DNA of 63,984 nt, filler included, from Octopus bimaculoides (Eukaryota), in NCBI RefSeq assembly GCF_001194135.2. It is 6 parts of 6 records of this genome, joined end to end, with 100 filler letters (N's around TTAATTAATTAA, not from the genome) between each part and the next. Parts side by side here need not be neighbours in the genome. Positions count along the whole stretch, not along the records: positions 26,380 to 37,562 come from NC_068989.1; positions 37,663 to 57,184 come from NC_068981.1; 4 more parts are not named here. The stretch is one strand, 5' to 3'. Positions 36,048-49,680 of the stretch are shown here, in pieces. The position numbers and the translations under genes were made by a program. The notes below the pieces were generated by a model. The model searched no databases, was not told the DNA's origin, and saw nothing but the letters and a program-made list of their open reading frames with translations. Numbering within the stretch: position 1 is the stretch's first letter; each line of letters begins with the position of its first letter.

Positions 36048-37351
36048 TTAAGGAGTGCTTATCACCGCTGCATATTTAGTGCTATCGACGGTGTTGGATA
36101 GGCAGAAATAATAGAGTGTCGGTAAAAATATCTTGTGCTATGTTTCGTCTATGGTATACTCAGCTACTTAGACGCAAATTCATTAACCAGGTAGATCAGC
36201 TGATCAAATAAATAGAGAATCCTTATCGACACTGACAGAGATCCATTCTTTCGTTTTTGTTCTTTATATATCAGAAATAGATTATTCTAAATTACCAATA
36301 AATACAGTTTTATATTTTCATGGTATTGCTTCCGTTACCATCTATACTTTACTTTTGCAGTGTGTTGTTTTTATTTGGTCTTTCCTGTTTTTGTTTGCTT
36401 CGTATTCAGTCTACGACGTTACTTCATTTTTTAATAAAAGAAACCATGTTAAGGTCGTCTCCTTTTAGCCTCATCCTAAAATTTCTGCAATCTTCCATAT
36501 GCTAATCGCCAGCAACTGAATATTATTGATATATTCGAATGCAATACAGATCTCTGACGCAGTGACCTTTACTATTTCTCCTTTCCGAATTTATCACATC
36601 CCCCGCCGTTCATTGCAATAAGTCAAACAATAGTTTCTTGTTTTTACTATCGTTAAAGTCCAGACATTTTAGCATTTCCAGCTCTGATGTCAAACGCATA
36701 TAATATCTCTAAATATTTATTCCACCTTAAACCATTGAAGAATAATATCTCTTCCATGGTGATTTCAGAGGCTAGGTAACAGAGTACAAAATAATAATAC
36801 TAAAATTAGAAGCTTCATACCCTAATAATTCGATCCACGCAGACCTTCTTCAAACTTGTTGTATCATTTTATATTCATTATATATTTTGTTGGTTCTCTG
36901 ACGAAATTAGAGTCAGCTATCATTCCTGCATCTTTAAACAATAATTTTTAGATATTGTTAACATTGAAAATAATTAAAAATTTAAATGAAATAATTATAT
37001 TGGATAAATCGATAAAATATCGAAAGAATTGTACGTGACCTTTAGTTACAACTTTTCCCAAATGTATCTAATTCTCGCCCGGGTCGATTTTCCGATGACC
37101 GTCCTCTTGTCGATAAGTACTAGGATCAACGAAATCAACTGAATATCATCACAAAATATTACGGCATTATAATTGCTTTTGTCTTCCTACATAACCGAAT
37201 GCAGTTGTGTCTGTCCTGGGTACGTGAACATTTTTGTTCTCGTTTTACGGTTTTTTTTTTTTTTTGCAGTAACGAGAAATAAATATCCTGTCTGAAAATT
37301 ATAATCTAAACAACACACACTCAGACATACACGATATATGTAAGTATTATT

Positions 37352-37562
37352 ATATACTCTTTTACTCTTTTGCTTGTTTCAGTCATTTAACTGCGGCCAT
37401 GCTGGAGCACCACCTTTAGTCGAGCAAATCGACCCCAGGACTTATTCTTTGTAAGCCTAGTAATTATTCTAACGGTCTCTTTTGCCGAACCGCTAGATTA
37501 AGGGGAGATAAACACAACACCATCGATTGTCAAGCGATGTTGGGGGAACAAACACAGACATA
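37352..37562 (-). mobile_element. SINE family 1, 3' half (head lost in gap)
   Basis: TACTCTTTTACTCTTTTGCTTGTTTCAGTCATTTAACTGCGGCCATGCTGGAGCACC..., homologous to 15695-15910. Confidence 0.88.
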
Positions 37563-38229
37563 NNNNNNNNNNNNNNNNNNNNNNNNNNNNNNNNNNNNNN
37601 NNNNNNTTAATTAATTAANNNNNNNNNNNNNNNNNNNNNNNNNNNNNNNNNNNNNNNNNNNNAACACAAACACGATGTGTGATTGTGAGTGAGTGAGCGA
37701 GCAAGTGAGTGAGTGAGTGAGTGAGTGAGTGAGTGAGTGAGTGAGTGAGCGAGTGAGCGAGTGAGAGAGAGACAGAGAGAGGGAAATATAACGAGCGAAT
37801 AAGAAATCCTGTGTTGTAAGTGTCATGGTGCGTTGCTATTAGTGTACCATGAACTGGGGAGAAAAAAAGAGAGAAAAGCAGCCACAGCTGGAGCAGCAAG
37901 AACAACTGCACCAACAACAAAGATAACACCATCGCTACAGCATAGAAGCCATATTGATCGAAGTTAGGGGATCACATCACCTGAATCTATAAGTCTGGTG
38001 GGAGAGAGAGCTGATGGCAGGGAAAGGAGAAGATGGGGACGAAATGGAACGACGAGAAAAGAGAGGACGAAGATAGGAAAGTTAGGGTTATAAAGCAAAA
38101 AAAGAAGTAGATATTTACTTCACTATCAACAGTAACTACCATCATCATCATCATCATCATCATCATCATTATCACCATCAGAAGCAGCAGTATGAGCACT
38201 ACGAGCTTATGCTATCTCTATCTCTATAG

Positions 38230-38313
38230 CGTCGCCGAGAATTCTTTTCGAGCTATTGAACGTGATACCCTGAAGACAAACGTGATTTTCACGGACATAG
38301 CTGTAACCGTTTG
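38230..38313 (+). other. Possible 84-nt symmetric (phase 2-2) host exon, product unknown
   Basis: Acceptor TCTCTATCTCTATAG|, donor TTTG|GTGAGG, length divisible by 3, and only one of three sense frames open (VAENSFRAIERDTLKTNVIFTDIAVTV). Confidence 0.35.
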
Positions 38314-38397
38314 GTGAGGAAAGCTTTTTCTCTTTGATGAACCAACAACGTAAGACAGCAACACATTCACCGACACACACAGACACAGACACACACA

Positions 38398-38438
<41 letters not shown>

Positions 38439-40669
38439 TATACATACTTGCATACACACGTACATACATACATACATATATANNNNNNNNNNNNNNNNNN
38501 NNNNNNNNNNNNNNNNNNNNNNNNNNNNNNNNNNNNNNNNNNNNNNNNNNNNNNNNNNNNNNNNNNNNNNNNNNNNNNNNNNNNNNNNNNNNNNNNNNNN
38601 NNNNNNNNNNNNNNNNNNNNNNNNNNNNNNNNNNNNNNNNNNNNNNNNNNNNNNNNNNNNNNNNNNNNNNNNNNNNNNNNNNNNNNNNNNNNNNNNNNNN
38701 NNNNNNNNNNNNNNNNNNNNNNNNNNNNNNNNNNNNNNNNNNNNNNNNNNNNNNNNNNNNNNNNNNNNNNNNNNNNNNNNNNNNNNNNNNNNNNNNNNNN
38801 NNNNNNNNNNNNNNNNNNNNNNNNNNNNNNNNNNNNNNNNNNNNNNNNNNNNNNNNNNNNNNNNNNNNNNNNNNNNNNNNNNNNNNNNNNNNNNNNNNNN
38901 NNNNNNNNNNNNNNNNNNNNNNNNNNNNNNNNNNNNNNNNNNNNNNNNNNNNNNNNNNNNNNNNNNNNNNNNNNNNNNNNNNNNNNNNNNNNNNNNNNNN
39001 NNNNNNNNNNNNNNNNNNNNNNNNNNNNNNNNNNNNNNNNNNNNNNNNNNNNNNNNNNNNNNNNNNNNNNNNNNNNNNNNNNNNNNNNNNNNNNNNNNNN
39101 NNNNNNNNNNNNNNNNNNNNNNNNNNNNNNNNNNNNNNNNNNNNNNNNNNNNNNNNNNNNNNNNNNNNNNNNNNNNNNNNNNNNNNNNNNNNNNNNNNNN
39201 NNNNNNNNNNNNNNNNNNNNNNNNNNNNNNNNNNNNNNNNNNNNNNNNNNNNNNNNNNNNNNNNNNNNNNNNNNNNNNNNNNNNNNNNNNNNNNNNNNNN
39301 NNNNNNNNNNNNNNNNNNNNNNNNNNNNNNNNNNNNNNNNNNNNNNNNNNNNNNNNNNNNNNNNNNNNNNNNNNNNNNTATATATATATATATATATATT
39401 ATACTATACTATATACATGTGTGTGAATGTGCATTATAATTATGTGTGTGTGTTTGTGAATGTGTGTAATGTGTTAGGTTGAGGGTATTATTTTCTCAGG
39501 AGATATGAAAATAGCTTTGCAGCCAGATCTTTAATGATGCAACTGCAACTTTGGGTACAAACATGCATAACGTAATTAGCCATACATGTATCTTCTTATA
39601 ATGTTTTACATGGTTAGACAACGTTGTTCAAAGGAATATACACCCAACGACATTGATTTGTATTCTACTTCCTATTCCGCTGGTTTTTTAAAAGGTTATG
39701 AGTCCCAAGCTTGGCTGAATACCTGCTACGTGAAAATGGATTTCTCTCAGTCGAGACGATTGGTATTTTGTTGCTCGATCAACTAAACTACTTGTATAAG
39801 CATCTGAACATTCAATAGACGTGTTTTTTTTAAATCTTTTTTGCTGGGTTTTTTTTTTTCTTCAGCTCTGCGACTCATAAGGCCGGCTACCCGGTTTACT
39901 TGGCGTATAAGAGATCGGGATCACAGCATTGTCTCTTGAACAGTTCTGAGGTGAGAGCCAAGTCGATTATATTGACGGGTACTTTATTTTATCAACCCCA
40001 AAAGGATGACAGGCAAAGTTGACCACAGTGGTATTTGATCTCAGAGCCGGAAGAGATGCCGCTAAGCCGCTTGTCCCACATGCTAAAGATTCTGCTGGTT
40101 CCCTGTCTTTTATGTACACTTAACGTGATTATCAGAATCAGTTTGACAGTGTCACTATGCTAGACCTCTAAATTTCGACGGCAAGCTTCCATACATTGGG
40201 TTTCTGGCAACCCAATTTCTTTTGCGTGACTTGGATCGACTGGATATCATGGTAAATGAAACCTATCGAAGAACCGTGTCAGTAGGATCTAATCCAGGTT
40301 CTCGTGGCTGTGCAATGAAATTGTTAACCAGTCAGCCATACTGCGGACATTTAAGCGCTTGGTATTGGTATACAATCGAATAGCGGTGTATATCTACCAC
40401 TTTAGGTTGAAAATATTCTGTCTCACTTCTATTCTCTTGATGACTGAGAAATGCATGAGGACTTCGATGTTACAGAATTTTACAGTTTGTCTTGAGGATT
40501 TTTACAAGTAATTCTTGATATAAATATTAGGATAACTGTTTCTAATCTAGGCATGCGGCTAAGGCGGCGAGCTGGCAGAAACATTAGCACGCCAGACGAA
40601 ATGCTTAGGGTAGTTAAAACCCGGGACTCTGCCTTTAACAAAATCACAACCTTTTAAAAAGCCAGCAGA

Positions 40670-41064
40670 ATAGGAGTGCTGTTTCATCAGGACAATGCGT
40701 GACCCCACACTGCAAAGATCACATCACAGAAGATCGAAGAGCTTGGTTTGGAAAAAATTCCTCATCCACCTTATTCTCCCAACCTTGCTCCTTCAGACTA
40801 CCATTTGTTTCGTAGTTTACAGAATCATTTGGGGGACATAAATTTCGCAAGCCAGAAGGAGGTCGAAACTGACATTTCAGAGTTCTTCGCTTTGAAACCA
40901 AAAGAGTTTTACATTGATGGGATTAAAAAGCTTGTAAATAGATGGAAAGAAGTCATAGATAATCAGGGAAAGTACATTGATGATTAAATTTCAATTAAAT
41001 ATAACATTTGATCACTTGTTTTCTTTATTCAAAATTCGGACAGAACTTATGGGATGACCTGATA
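40670..41064 (+). mobile_element. mariner (DD34D) 3' fragment with right TIR
   Basis: VLFHQDNA*PHTAK...PHPPYSPNLAPSDYHLF...GKYIDD*: 34 residues between catalytic D2 and D3. It ends AAATTCGGACAGAACTTATGGGATGACCTGATA and is joined to a 48-nt SINE head at 40561-40609. Confidence 0.92.
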
Positions 41065-41096
41065 GCATACTATTGATCATAATTCTCTTCAATTTT

Positions 41097-41405
41097 GAAG
41101 GCTCATGGCTTACTGGTTAGAGCGTTGGGCCGGACCGGGCTGTGTTGTGTTCTCGAGCAAGACACTTTATATCACGTTACTCCTGTTCGCTCTGCTGTAG
41201 AAATGAGTAGCGACGTCCCTGGTGTCAAACTGTATCAGCCTTTGTCTTTCCCTTGGATAAAGTTGGTGACGTGGATAGGAGAGGCCACAATGCGTGGGTA
41301 ACTGCTGGTCACCTATAAACAATCTTGCCTGGACTTGTGCCTCAGAGGGTAACTTTCTAGGTGCAATTCTATGGTCGTTCATGACAGAAAGGGCTCTTTA
41401 CCCTT
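41097..41405 (+). mobile_element. tRNA-derived SINE, family 4 (older)
   Basis: GAAGGCTCATGGCTTACTGGTTAGAGCG (A box) ..GTGTTCTCGAGCAAGACACTTTAT.. tail GGGCTCTTTACCCTTT. Confidence 0.7.
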
Positions 41406-43471
41406 TCTCTTCAATTAAAATTGACCTGTAACCACCATAAAATTTTCGGGTATTGTTTATTTTTCAGAAATTTAAGATTTTTCATCTACATATTTCTCAG
41501 TTAATTGACCCAAAAATATTTTTGAAATCCCCAAAATTAAGCACTAAGTTAATGCCACTCGCTCGAATTGTACATGTAACATATTAGATAATGTAATCCA
41601 GATATTTCTAAAACGCGAGATTTTCATGACAAGATTGTCTATGATCATAGATTTAATCAATCAGGGATCACTTGAAATTAAACAAAAACAATAAGCATTT
41701 CCCAATACAGGAACTTGCTGTCCTGCAGTATCTCATTTCATTTCTCCCATTTCAAAAGTGTTGTGGAATTCTTCAAAAAATTTTGTAAAATAAGTTTGCT
41801 TGGTTGGAGTACGGAATGAAAACATATAATGTTTCATAACAGAGACCTCAGGTGGGGTGGTCAAGTAATGATCAGTAGAAGTTGATAAGTAAAATAAGTA
41901 TATCTAAAATGTGGAAGAGGATGTAATTTCAATGAATGAGAGATATAGAAAGTGAGGTGTTGCCCTGTGAGAGAGGAGAGGTGGGAGTAGAATTCTGCGT
42001 TTTACCTTCAGAATTCTAAACTCATTTTTGCATAATTATGTAATTACATCTTTTTATCCATTCAAAAACACGTAAAAACTGTTAAACTCCCTTTCGATTT
42101 AATCATTGAGGTGCTAAAAGTTTCGTTGTACCACTGCTACCTGCTTGCTGGCGTAGTTCCACTGCAACTGTTTGAAAGTTAGTTAAGGACAAGTTCATAA
42201 AAACCTCAGTCGTTTTTCTTTTCAAACTTCAAGCATATAGGTCTGTTGTATGTATCCTTATTACAGTTCTCCTCTTGTCAAATAGGTACCCCCACATATG
42301 ATTAACCCCCACACACATACACACACCAATTATATCCACAAACTCACAAAAATAGCAAAAGCAGATTTGATCGAATTTCAACCTGACCTCATCACAACGA
42401 AATATCTGACTATTCTAATCAAGTTCGCACATATTTCATAAAGTCACTTTTAAAAATCTATAAATCAAATCCGTAAGACATTTATGAGAAACATCTACAA
42501 TTTCATATTCTAAGTATCACAGATGATCCTATGACCTCATCGTCAACCCATGCAGTTCAATTTCGTGTAACTAATGTTCGTTCGTTACCGTGCTGTTTTG
42601 TGTTACATAGTAACATTCTGAAAGTTTGTCTAAAACATTTAATAACAATCATACGACCAGTTAAAAATAGTAGTAGAATCTTCCTCAAATCACGTCTTAC
42701 TGTCTTTAAAAAAAGATGGAATGCTTTGCATAATGTACGTCCTGATACGATAAAAGAAATCAGAATATCACAGCTAGAAATATAGCGGAATATACAGTCG
42801 CATTGAAATATGGCTACCTAGCAACGAAAAATTAATCACAGTAGAAACTCTTACAAAACTCTTGCACCTACGTAAAATATTAAAGGAACCAGCGAGTAAG
42901 CCGCTTTGTAGTCGCTATATGTATTAAAACTAGCAGTTAAATTTCCCACAAAACTTATCCGCTTCTATCTTTAAATAATGAAGAAGCCATAAGATAATGA
43001 AATGTCTATGAAAGAAAAGAAGACTAAAATGCTAAGGCTAGAATGCCTTTTATTATAGATTTCCTTAAATCAGCTCTAACTAGGAATTATACGACAGCAA
43101 GAAAAGGAAGCCTCAAAGCATCTTCATTTTCCTTAATGTTGAAGAAATTTATATTAGGCAGAAGTAGCCTGAAGAACTTTCAGTATTGTATAGTTGAATC
43201 GTTTCGAAGTGAAGCCTTTTGATTCGGTAAGAGAAAATTGTACTCACCACTGGGAAGTAGTTAGCACTACTCTCTCCAAATTTGCAGGACACCAAGTCAG
43301 AACGTTTCGCACGCCCATGTGCTACACACCACAGGTGACACTAACAATCATGTAGTTATCCTATGCAATCCAGTTTTGTTTAAGGTCGAGGATTTGTTAC
43401 CAAAGGAAAAGAAAAAGCCTATTAAAAGACAGCTTTTAATCTAGTTCTCTGCACTATAAATTTAACGAGAT

Positions 43472-43531
<60 letters not shown>

Positions 43532-43786
43532 CTTCATAGTGGGTACAAGAATGTTGGTCAACCATGGCTCAGATATAAGGACAAGCTGAATAGTTACCTC
43601 TTAGAAATGAAGATATCTCACAACAAACACCTTTGAGCGAACAGCCTTGGAGCGAACAAAATGGAGATCGTGGTATCAAAATAGTATAAGACACTTTGTT
43701 GCTACCAGCATGAACAGGTTTCGGGGTGCAAGGCAAAGGAGAAAAACGGCTGCAAATATACCACTAGTACTGACCTGTAATTCTCA

Positions 43787-44310
43787 TACAGAATGGAGCA
43801 GAGAGGACGGACATTTTTGGAAAATTTACAAAATCATTAATTTTAGCTGCAAACAAATTTTATTGACATCAATGTGTTCGTATTGAATTAGCATTTGTCA
43901 AAATCAAGTGTGAAAACATCACCCATTATGTTGTGTCCGTTTTCATTGATGCATTTCTGAAGGCGTTCTTGGAAGTTGGCCTCTACTCTCTCCAGCATTG
44001 CTCGGTCGATTTGGGCTACTTTCACGAGAATAGCTTCCTTTAAATCGTCCAGTGTACGGGGCTTATGCACATACACACGTGATTTGAGGTTTTCCCACAA
44101 GAAATAATCATACATGGAGAAATCAGGGGGCTGAGGGGGCGAAGGGATGTCAGCAAACCTGGAAATGAGGCAGTCGCCGAAGAGAGGGCGAAGAACGTTC
44201 ATTGATGCTCTGGCTGTGTGAGCCATTGCCCCGTCCTGCTAAAACCACACCCGTCGAAAAGGCATACATTTTCGTCGTAATTCAGGCACAAAGAAGTTGT
44301 TTATCATCTC
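43787..44310 (-). mobile_element. Tc1/mariner DD41D (rosa-like) 3' fragment
   Basis: INNFFVPELRR..VWF*QDGAMAHTARASM...PPDFSMYDYFLWENLKSRVY: 41 residues between D2 and D3. Putative terminus TACAG at 43787. Confidence 0.85.
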
Positions 44311-44519
44311 GAGCTAATGCCACGTGGGCAAAATTCTCTGGATGTAAGTTAAGTTGACACCACTGGCGTGCAAAATTTCGCGCCGGTACGTCGCGCCTGT
44401 TCGAACCTGTTACGCCTAGAATGTAGTGAGCGACGCTCATCGGATTTTCGTTTTCATCGGATGCATCGAGCACAGATATTCCGTCAAGCTTTATTAAAAG
44501 GTTGATGATACTCAAGCTC

Positions 44520-44740
44520 AAAGAATCCAAAAGATTTCAACAGACCTTTGGCGATGATGCCATGGACAAAAGCGTTGACGCAGGCCATCCACATGCCAAA
44601 ACGAGGAGCCGATTGAGAAGGTCGGGTTAGTAGTCATGGAAGACCGTCGTGTAACAATCCAGGAAATTGCTCACGAAATAGGAACAAGCACAAGATCAGT
44701 TCATTCTGTTTTAAGAGAAGTATTATGTATGCGAACCGAT
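44520..44740 (+). mobile_element. mariner transposase N-terminal HTH fragment
   Basis: QQTFGDDAM...VMEDRRVTIQEIAHEIGTSTRSVHSVLREVLCMR (cf. EDRRLTVREIAEEVGIS.GSVH.IL...LGMR). Confidence 0.75.
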
Positions 44741-45164
44741 GAGAGAGAGCATCTATAACTTGACTTGCTAGAAATAGAAACAGAGATAAACGAGTCTTCG
44801 TAATATCTTAAACAAGGAAGGTATTGGGCAATGTAGTGTTGTCCGTTTCAAATATATTCTTGCGTTCTATTGTTAACTACTCTGTACCACTTCTATATTC
44901 TCTGTCTCATTTACAGTGCCTTCAAGGCAAATTTCAATGTCTGTTCCATTCCTCTACAGAATAAAATCATAAAAACGATTCAATTCTCTCTTACTGTTTC
45001 TTATTTTAAAGTATTGTCCATCATTTTTTACCCCAGTCTTTCAAATTTTATTCCCTTGTGTTCTTTTCTTTTATTTCCTCTTCAAGCCCGTTCTATTCTA
45101 TTTTCAATCCATTTTTCTCCTCCTCGTATTATTGATATGGTCGTTGAGGTACAGTCTTCCTTGG

Positions 45165-45480
45165 GGTCTTATAAAGAAGCAATCGTCATTACAGTCCCTG
45201 GCTGGACTCCCAAACGTGACCAATTGGGACTACGGATATTATCCAACCATTTCGTTCTAGTTCAGCCCGAGGTCTTCTGCTTGTAGGCAGATTCTTCAGT
45301 TGAAGAATCCGTCTTGCAATTCTTTCCTCTGACTTTCTGGTCACATAGCCGTAGTACCGAACTTGTGACTTCTCAATGCGGAGAAATACCGTGTTTCTCG
45401 GCTTTATAGACATCGTCAGAAAAAATTTATATGACCAATGACTCTCTCTGAAAAGATGCGTCCCTATGTAAAATTTCACA
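45165..45480 (-). mobile_element. RTE-clade LINE 3' fragment
   Basis: LRIEKSQVRYYGYVTRKSEERIARRILQ...TSRRPR (cf. IERSQLRWYGHV.RM..ER...RRPRGRP). Confidence 0.75.
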
Positions 45481-45527
45481 TAATTTGATACAAAGCTGTC
45501 AGTGACAACTCTAAATTGGCATTCAAT

Positions 45528-45712
45528 TTTATATTATATTATATTATATTATATTATATTATATTATATTATATTATATTATATTATATTATATTATATT
45601 ATATTATGTTATATTATGTTATATTATATTATATTATATTATATTATATTATATTATATTATATTATATTATATTATATTATATTATATTATATTATATT
45701 ATATTATATTAT
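45528..45712. repeat. (ATATT)n pentanucleotide array
   Basis: Direct reading; runs into a gap and gives the YYIIL ORFs. Confidence 0.97.
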
Positions 45713-47625
45713 NNNNNNNNNNNNNNNNNNNNNNNNNNNNNNNNNNNNNNNNNNNNNNNNNNNNNNNNNNNNNNNNNNNNNNNNNNNNNNNNNNNNNNNN
45801 NNNNNNNNNNNNNNNNNNNNNNNNNNNNNNNNNNNNNNNNNNNNNNNNNNNNNNNNNNNNNNNNNNNNNNNNNNNNNNNNNNNNNNNNNNNNNNNNNNNN
45901 NNNNNNNNNNNNNNNNNNNNNNNNNNNNNNNNNNNNNNNNNNNNNNNNNNNNNNNNNNNNNNNNNNNNNNNNNNNNNNNNNNNNNNNNNNNNNNNNNNNN
46001 NNNNNNNNNNNNNNNNNNNNNNNNNNNNNNNNNNNNNNNNNNNNNNNNNNNNNNNNNNNNNNNNNNNNNNNNNNNNNNNNNNNNNNNNNNNNNNNNNNNN
46101 NNNNNNNNNNNNNNNNNNNNNNNNNNNNNNNNNNNNNNNNNNNNNNNNNNNNNNNNNNNNNNNNNNNNNNNNNNNNNNNNNNNNNNNNNNNNNNNNNNNN
46201 NNNNNNNNNNNNNNNNNNNNNNNNNNNNNNNNNNNNNNNNNNNNNNNNNNNNNNNNNNNNNNNNNNNNNNNNNNNNNNNNNNNNNNNNNNNNNNNNNNNN
46301 NNNNNNNNNNNNNNNNNNNNNNNNNNNNNNNNNNNNNNNNNNNNNNNNNNNNNNNNNNNNNNNNNNNNNNNNNNNNNNNNNNNNNNNNNNNNNNNNNNNN
46401 NNNNNNNNNNNNNNNNNNNNNNNNNNNNNNNNNNNNNNNNNNNNNNNNNNNNNNNNNNNNNNNNNNNNNNNNNNNNNNNNNNNNNNNNNNNNNNNNNNNN
46501 NNNNNNNNNNNNNNNNNNNNNNNNNNNNNCTATTCTGGTCTATGTAATCCTAATGTATTCTCTTCTACTCTGCTATAGTATTTCCTCTCCTAATCTCTCT
46601 TCTATTTTATCATATGCTTTTACATACTAATACAGTCTGTTATAATTTATCATATCTTATTCTATTCTACTCTTTTCCATTCAGTTTTGTTCTATCCTAT
46701 TCTGTTGTGTTCTGTTGTATTCCATCCTTTATTTGAGAATATAAACATACATGCTTCTCTTGTGAAATTGCCACGTCAAGATTTGGAATCTTGGTTAACA
46801 GCCCAAACTAACATACTTGGAGAAGACTACAATGACATTGCCTCATTTAACCCTCTACTTACCGTTTTCTAACTACATCGTATCGCTGCAAGACATATAC
46901 AGAATGTACATATTTATGTAACGGTTCTCTTACTTTCCTCATCTCCACCGTTCAGCTATTCAAATAAATCTGAAAGTTACGTCATAATCTCTCTATACAG
47001 AAGAATGGTGAGTTTCAAAATGATTGGTGGACTCGGTGTGAGAGGTAAATAAACTCTAAACTTCTAAGTCTTTTAGACATATATCCAATTGGCAGCAATT
47101 GTAAAAGCGATACCAATAATTCTCTCTTCTTCACTTTCTCTCTGTCTCTCTCTTCTTCACTTTTTCTCTTCTCTTTCACTCTGTCTCTTTATCTCACTCT
47201 CTATCTACCTATCTATCAATCTATTTCTCTCTTTCTCATTCTCTCTCTGTCCATCTTTATATATCTATCTATCTGTCTATCTATTTATCTGCCTGCCTAA
47301 CAATCCAGATCAAATTCTGTATTGTTTTTCTTCTGTTTCTGCTTCTCATTCCTGCCCTAAGTAGAAATTATCATAAACGTTTATTGATCTTATCAAAATT
47401 TTCTCATAATTTTACGAGACGTGAGTCTGTGATGCTTATACATCTATGTACAAGGGTAACAAAAATTTATTCAAAATATTCCATGTCTCGCTGCGGTCAA
47501 CTTCACTTTTCATTTAGTACGAACGCCAATTTAACCGACTAACAACCTTCACAAAAATATCAGGTTTTGTTAGAGGTTTGATATATAAAACTAGGTGAGA
47601 TGATAAAATCGGTAGAGCGTCGGAC

Positions 47626-48896
47626 TACGAGGTCTGTAAATAAAGTAATAAGACTAATCTCATAGCGTTTGATCTGGCTATACTACGTGATTCCTTTTTA
47701 CGGTGTTACTAGATCAACGTCCCTTATGACTTCAGTTCAAGCATCAACCACGTGGTTTTAACACGTGAACAGTGAGTGCACGTTTTACGAAGTGGTTTTG
47801 TTTTGTGTGTCCTGAAAATGAGCGCGAACAGTTACGAACAACCCCTAACGACCAAGTTTTGTTTCAAACTCGGGCGCAGCGCCACTGAAACTTGGGTAAG
47901 ATTTCAACTGGCTTACAGGAAGACTGCTTTTTCAAGAGCACAGGTTTTCAAATACTTCAAAGCATTTTAGAAGTTCGAGAATCCGTTGACGATGACCCTC
48001 GTTCAGGAAGGCTATCAACTTCAAGAAATTACGAAAATGTAGAATTAATCAGAGACTTCGTGTGATCTGCCGTCGGTTAACCTCAGAGAGATTGCAGAGA
48101 AGCAGAAAATTTGAACCACACTACTGCTCATCAAGTTTAGACCCAAAATCTCACTCCTGAGCAAAAAGGCACCAGGAAAGAAGTGTGCTTTGATCTTCTG
48201 GAACAGATTGAAAATGACCCAGATTTTGTTACAAACGTCCTTATGGATGATGAATCATGGATTTTTGAATACGACTCCGAAACAAAACGCCAAAGTTAGG
48301 AGTGGCGTACTGCAAACTCACCGCAGCCAAAAAATAACGAGAATGAGTAAATCTAAAATAAAAACCATGCTCATTTGCATTTTTTGACAGCAACTGAGTC
48401 GTCTATAAAGAATCCATGCTTCAAGAGCCCACGGTCAATCAGCATTTTTACCGCAAGGTCTTTGAAAGGCTGCGGAAACGGGTTGTTCGCGTGAGGCCAA
48501 ACATCAAAAGATACCTGGATGCTGCATTACAACAATGCGCTTTGTCACACGGCGCTTTCGATTACAGGATTTGGGACACGGAAAAGCATCCCTGTTGTCC
48601 TTCAGCCTTCGTATTCGCCTGACGTGAGTCCGTATAACTTCTTTCTTTCCGAGATTAAAAGTTCACCTCAAAAGGCATCATTTTGGCATGTAGGAAAACA
48701 TAAAAAAGGCTGCAAACGACCAGCTTAAGGCCATTTCGTTTTCTGAGTGCAAGCACTGCTGTGAAGAGTGGAAGCAACGTCTTGGGCATTGTGTGGCTTC
48801 CCAAGGGAACTATTCTGAAGGAAACAGAGTTGATTTCTAGTCTAATTATAAAGTTCTTACTAAAACCACCTTATAATTTTATTTACAGACCTTGCA
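47626..48896 (+). mobile_element. Near full-length (1.27 kb) mariner, irritans-like, transposase pseudogene
   Basis: TIRs TACGAGGTCTGTAAATAAAGTAATAAG (47626-47652) and CTTATAATTTTATTTACAGACCTTGCA (48870-48896). ATG at 47818: KFCFKLGRSATET..DDPRSGR..DESWIFEYD.ETKRQS..KTMLIC..WMLHYNNA..YSPDVSP, with stops and frameshifts. Confidence 0.93.
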
Positions 48897-49399
48897 TGTG
48901 TCATATGGCAATTGATTACATACATCTATATTACTTTTTGAGTTCAAACTTCTGAGCGCAGGGGTGACATTGTGAGTAAAAGGTTCGTGTTGCAATTAAC
49001 TTTAAGTTTGATCCCGCAGCGAAGCAGCCTGAGGAAGTATATGATACCATAGCCTCGCGTCGACTAAAACAGTGTGAGTGAAATTTAGTGAACAGAAACT
49101 GTATAGAAACCAGTTGGTTGGGGCTGTTATTTTTCTCGGATATAGAACACTAACCACAGCCCGGTTTAGCACCACCTGTCAATTGGGTGTCTTAAGCAGT
49201 GTCCGGCCTGTTGTAAAAGCATTGTAAAAGTATTGTGTCCAGTCTGTTGTGAAAGAATTTCTGATGTAAAGCTAACTTTTTCCCTTTCATCTATCAGTCA
49301 TTATTACCCTGAAAAAGACCAAGAGCTCTGTGTTCTCCTGCAGACTAAATTATACAAAAACGATAAAAAGTTGAAACTGACTGCGATTCTTTTTACGTT

Positions 49400-49680
49400 T
49401 GGTGGTTTTAAAATACATATGAAAAATGACGGCGTTTATGTTCTAGATGAACCCAACTCTCAAATCCTCTTTGAAAACTCCAGATTGCTGGAGGCACATT
49501 TTCACAATCACTTTCACATCGTCTATGTCATTAATCCTTGGCCCCGATGACTCTTTTTCACTGGATAGGAGAAGCTGAAGTCGGATGGGAGCAGATCCAG
49601 GTTGTATAGTGCATGGTTGGGGTGGCAATGACTAGCTCAGTTCGCTGGTGCCACATTTGTTGCCAAAGATGAATGCGGAT
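49400..49680 (-). mobile_element. mariner C-terminal relic
   Basis: Across frameshifts, NLDLLPSDFSFSYPVKKSHRG / INDIDDVKVIVKM (cf. SPDLAPSDFHLF.PLK..L.G..F.D.D.VK). Confidence 0.6.

Noticed and set aside
49233-49550. 105-aa plus-strand ORF
   Set aside because: It largely overlaps the antisense of a mariner relic, starts at TTG and has no recognisable domain.
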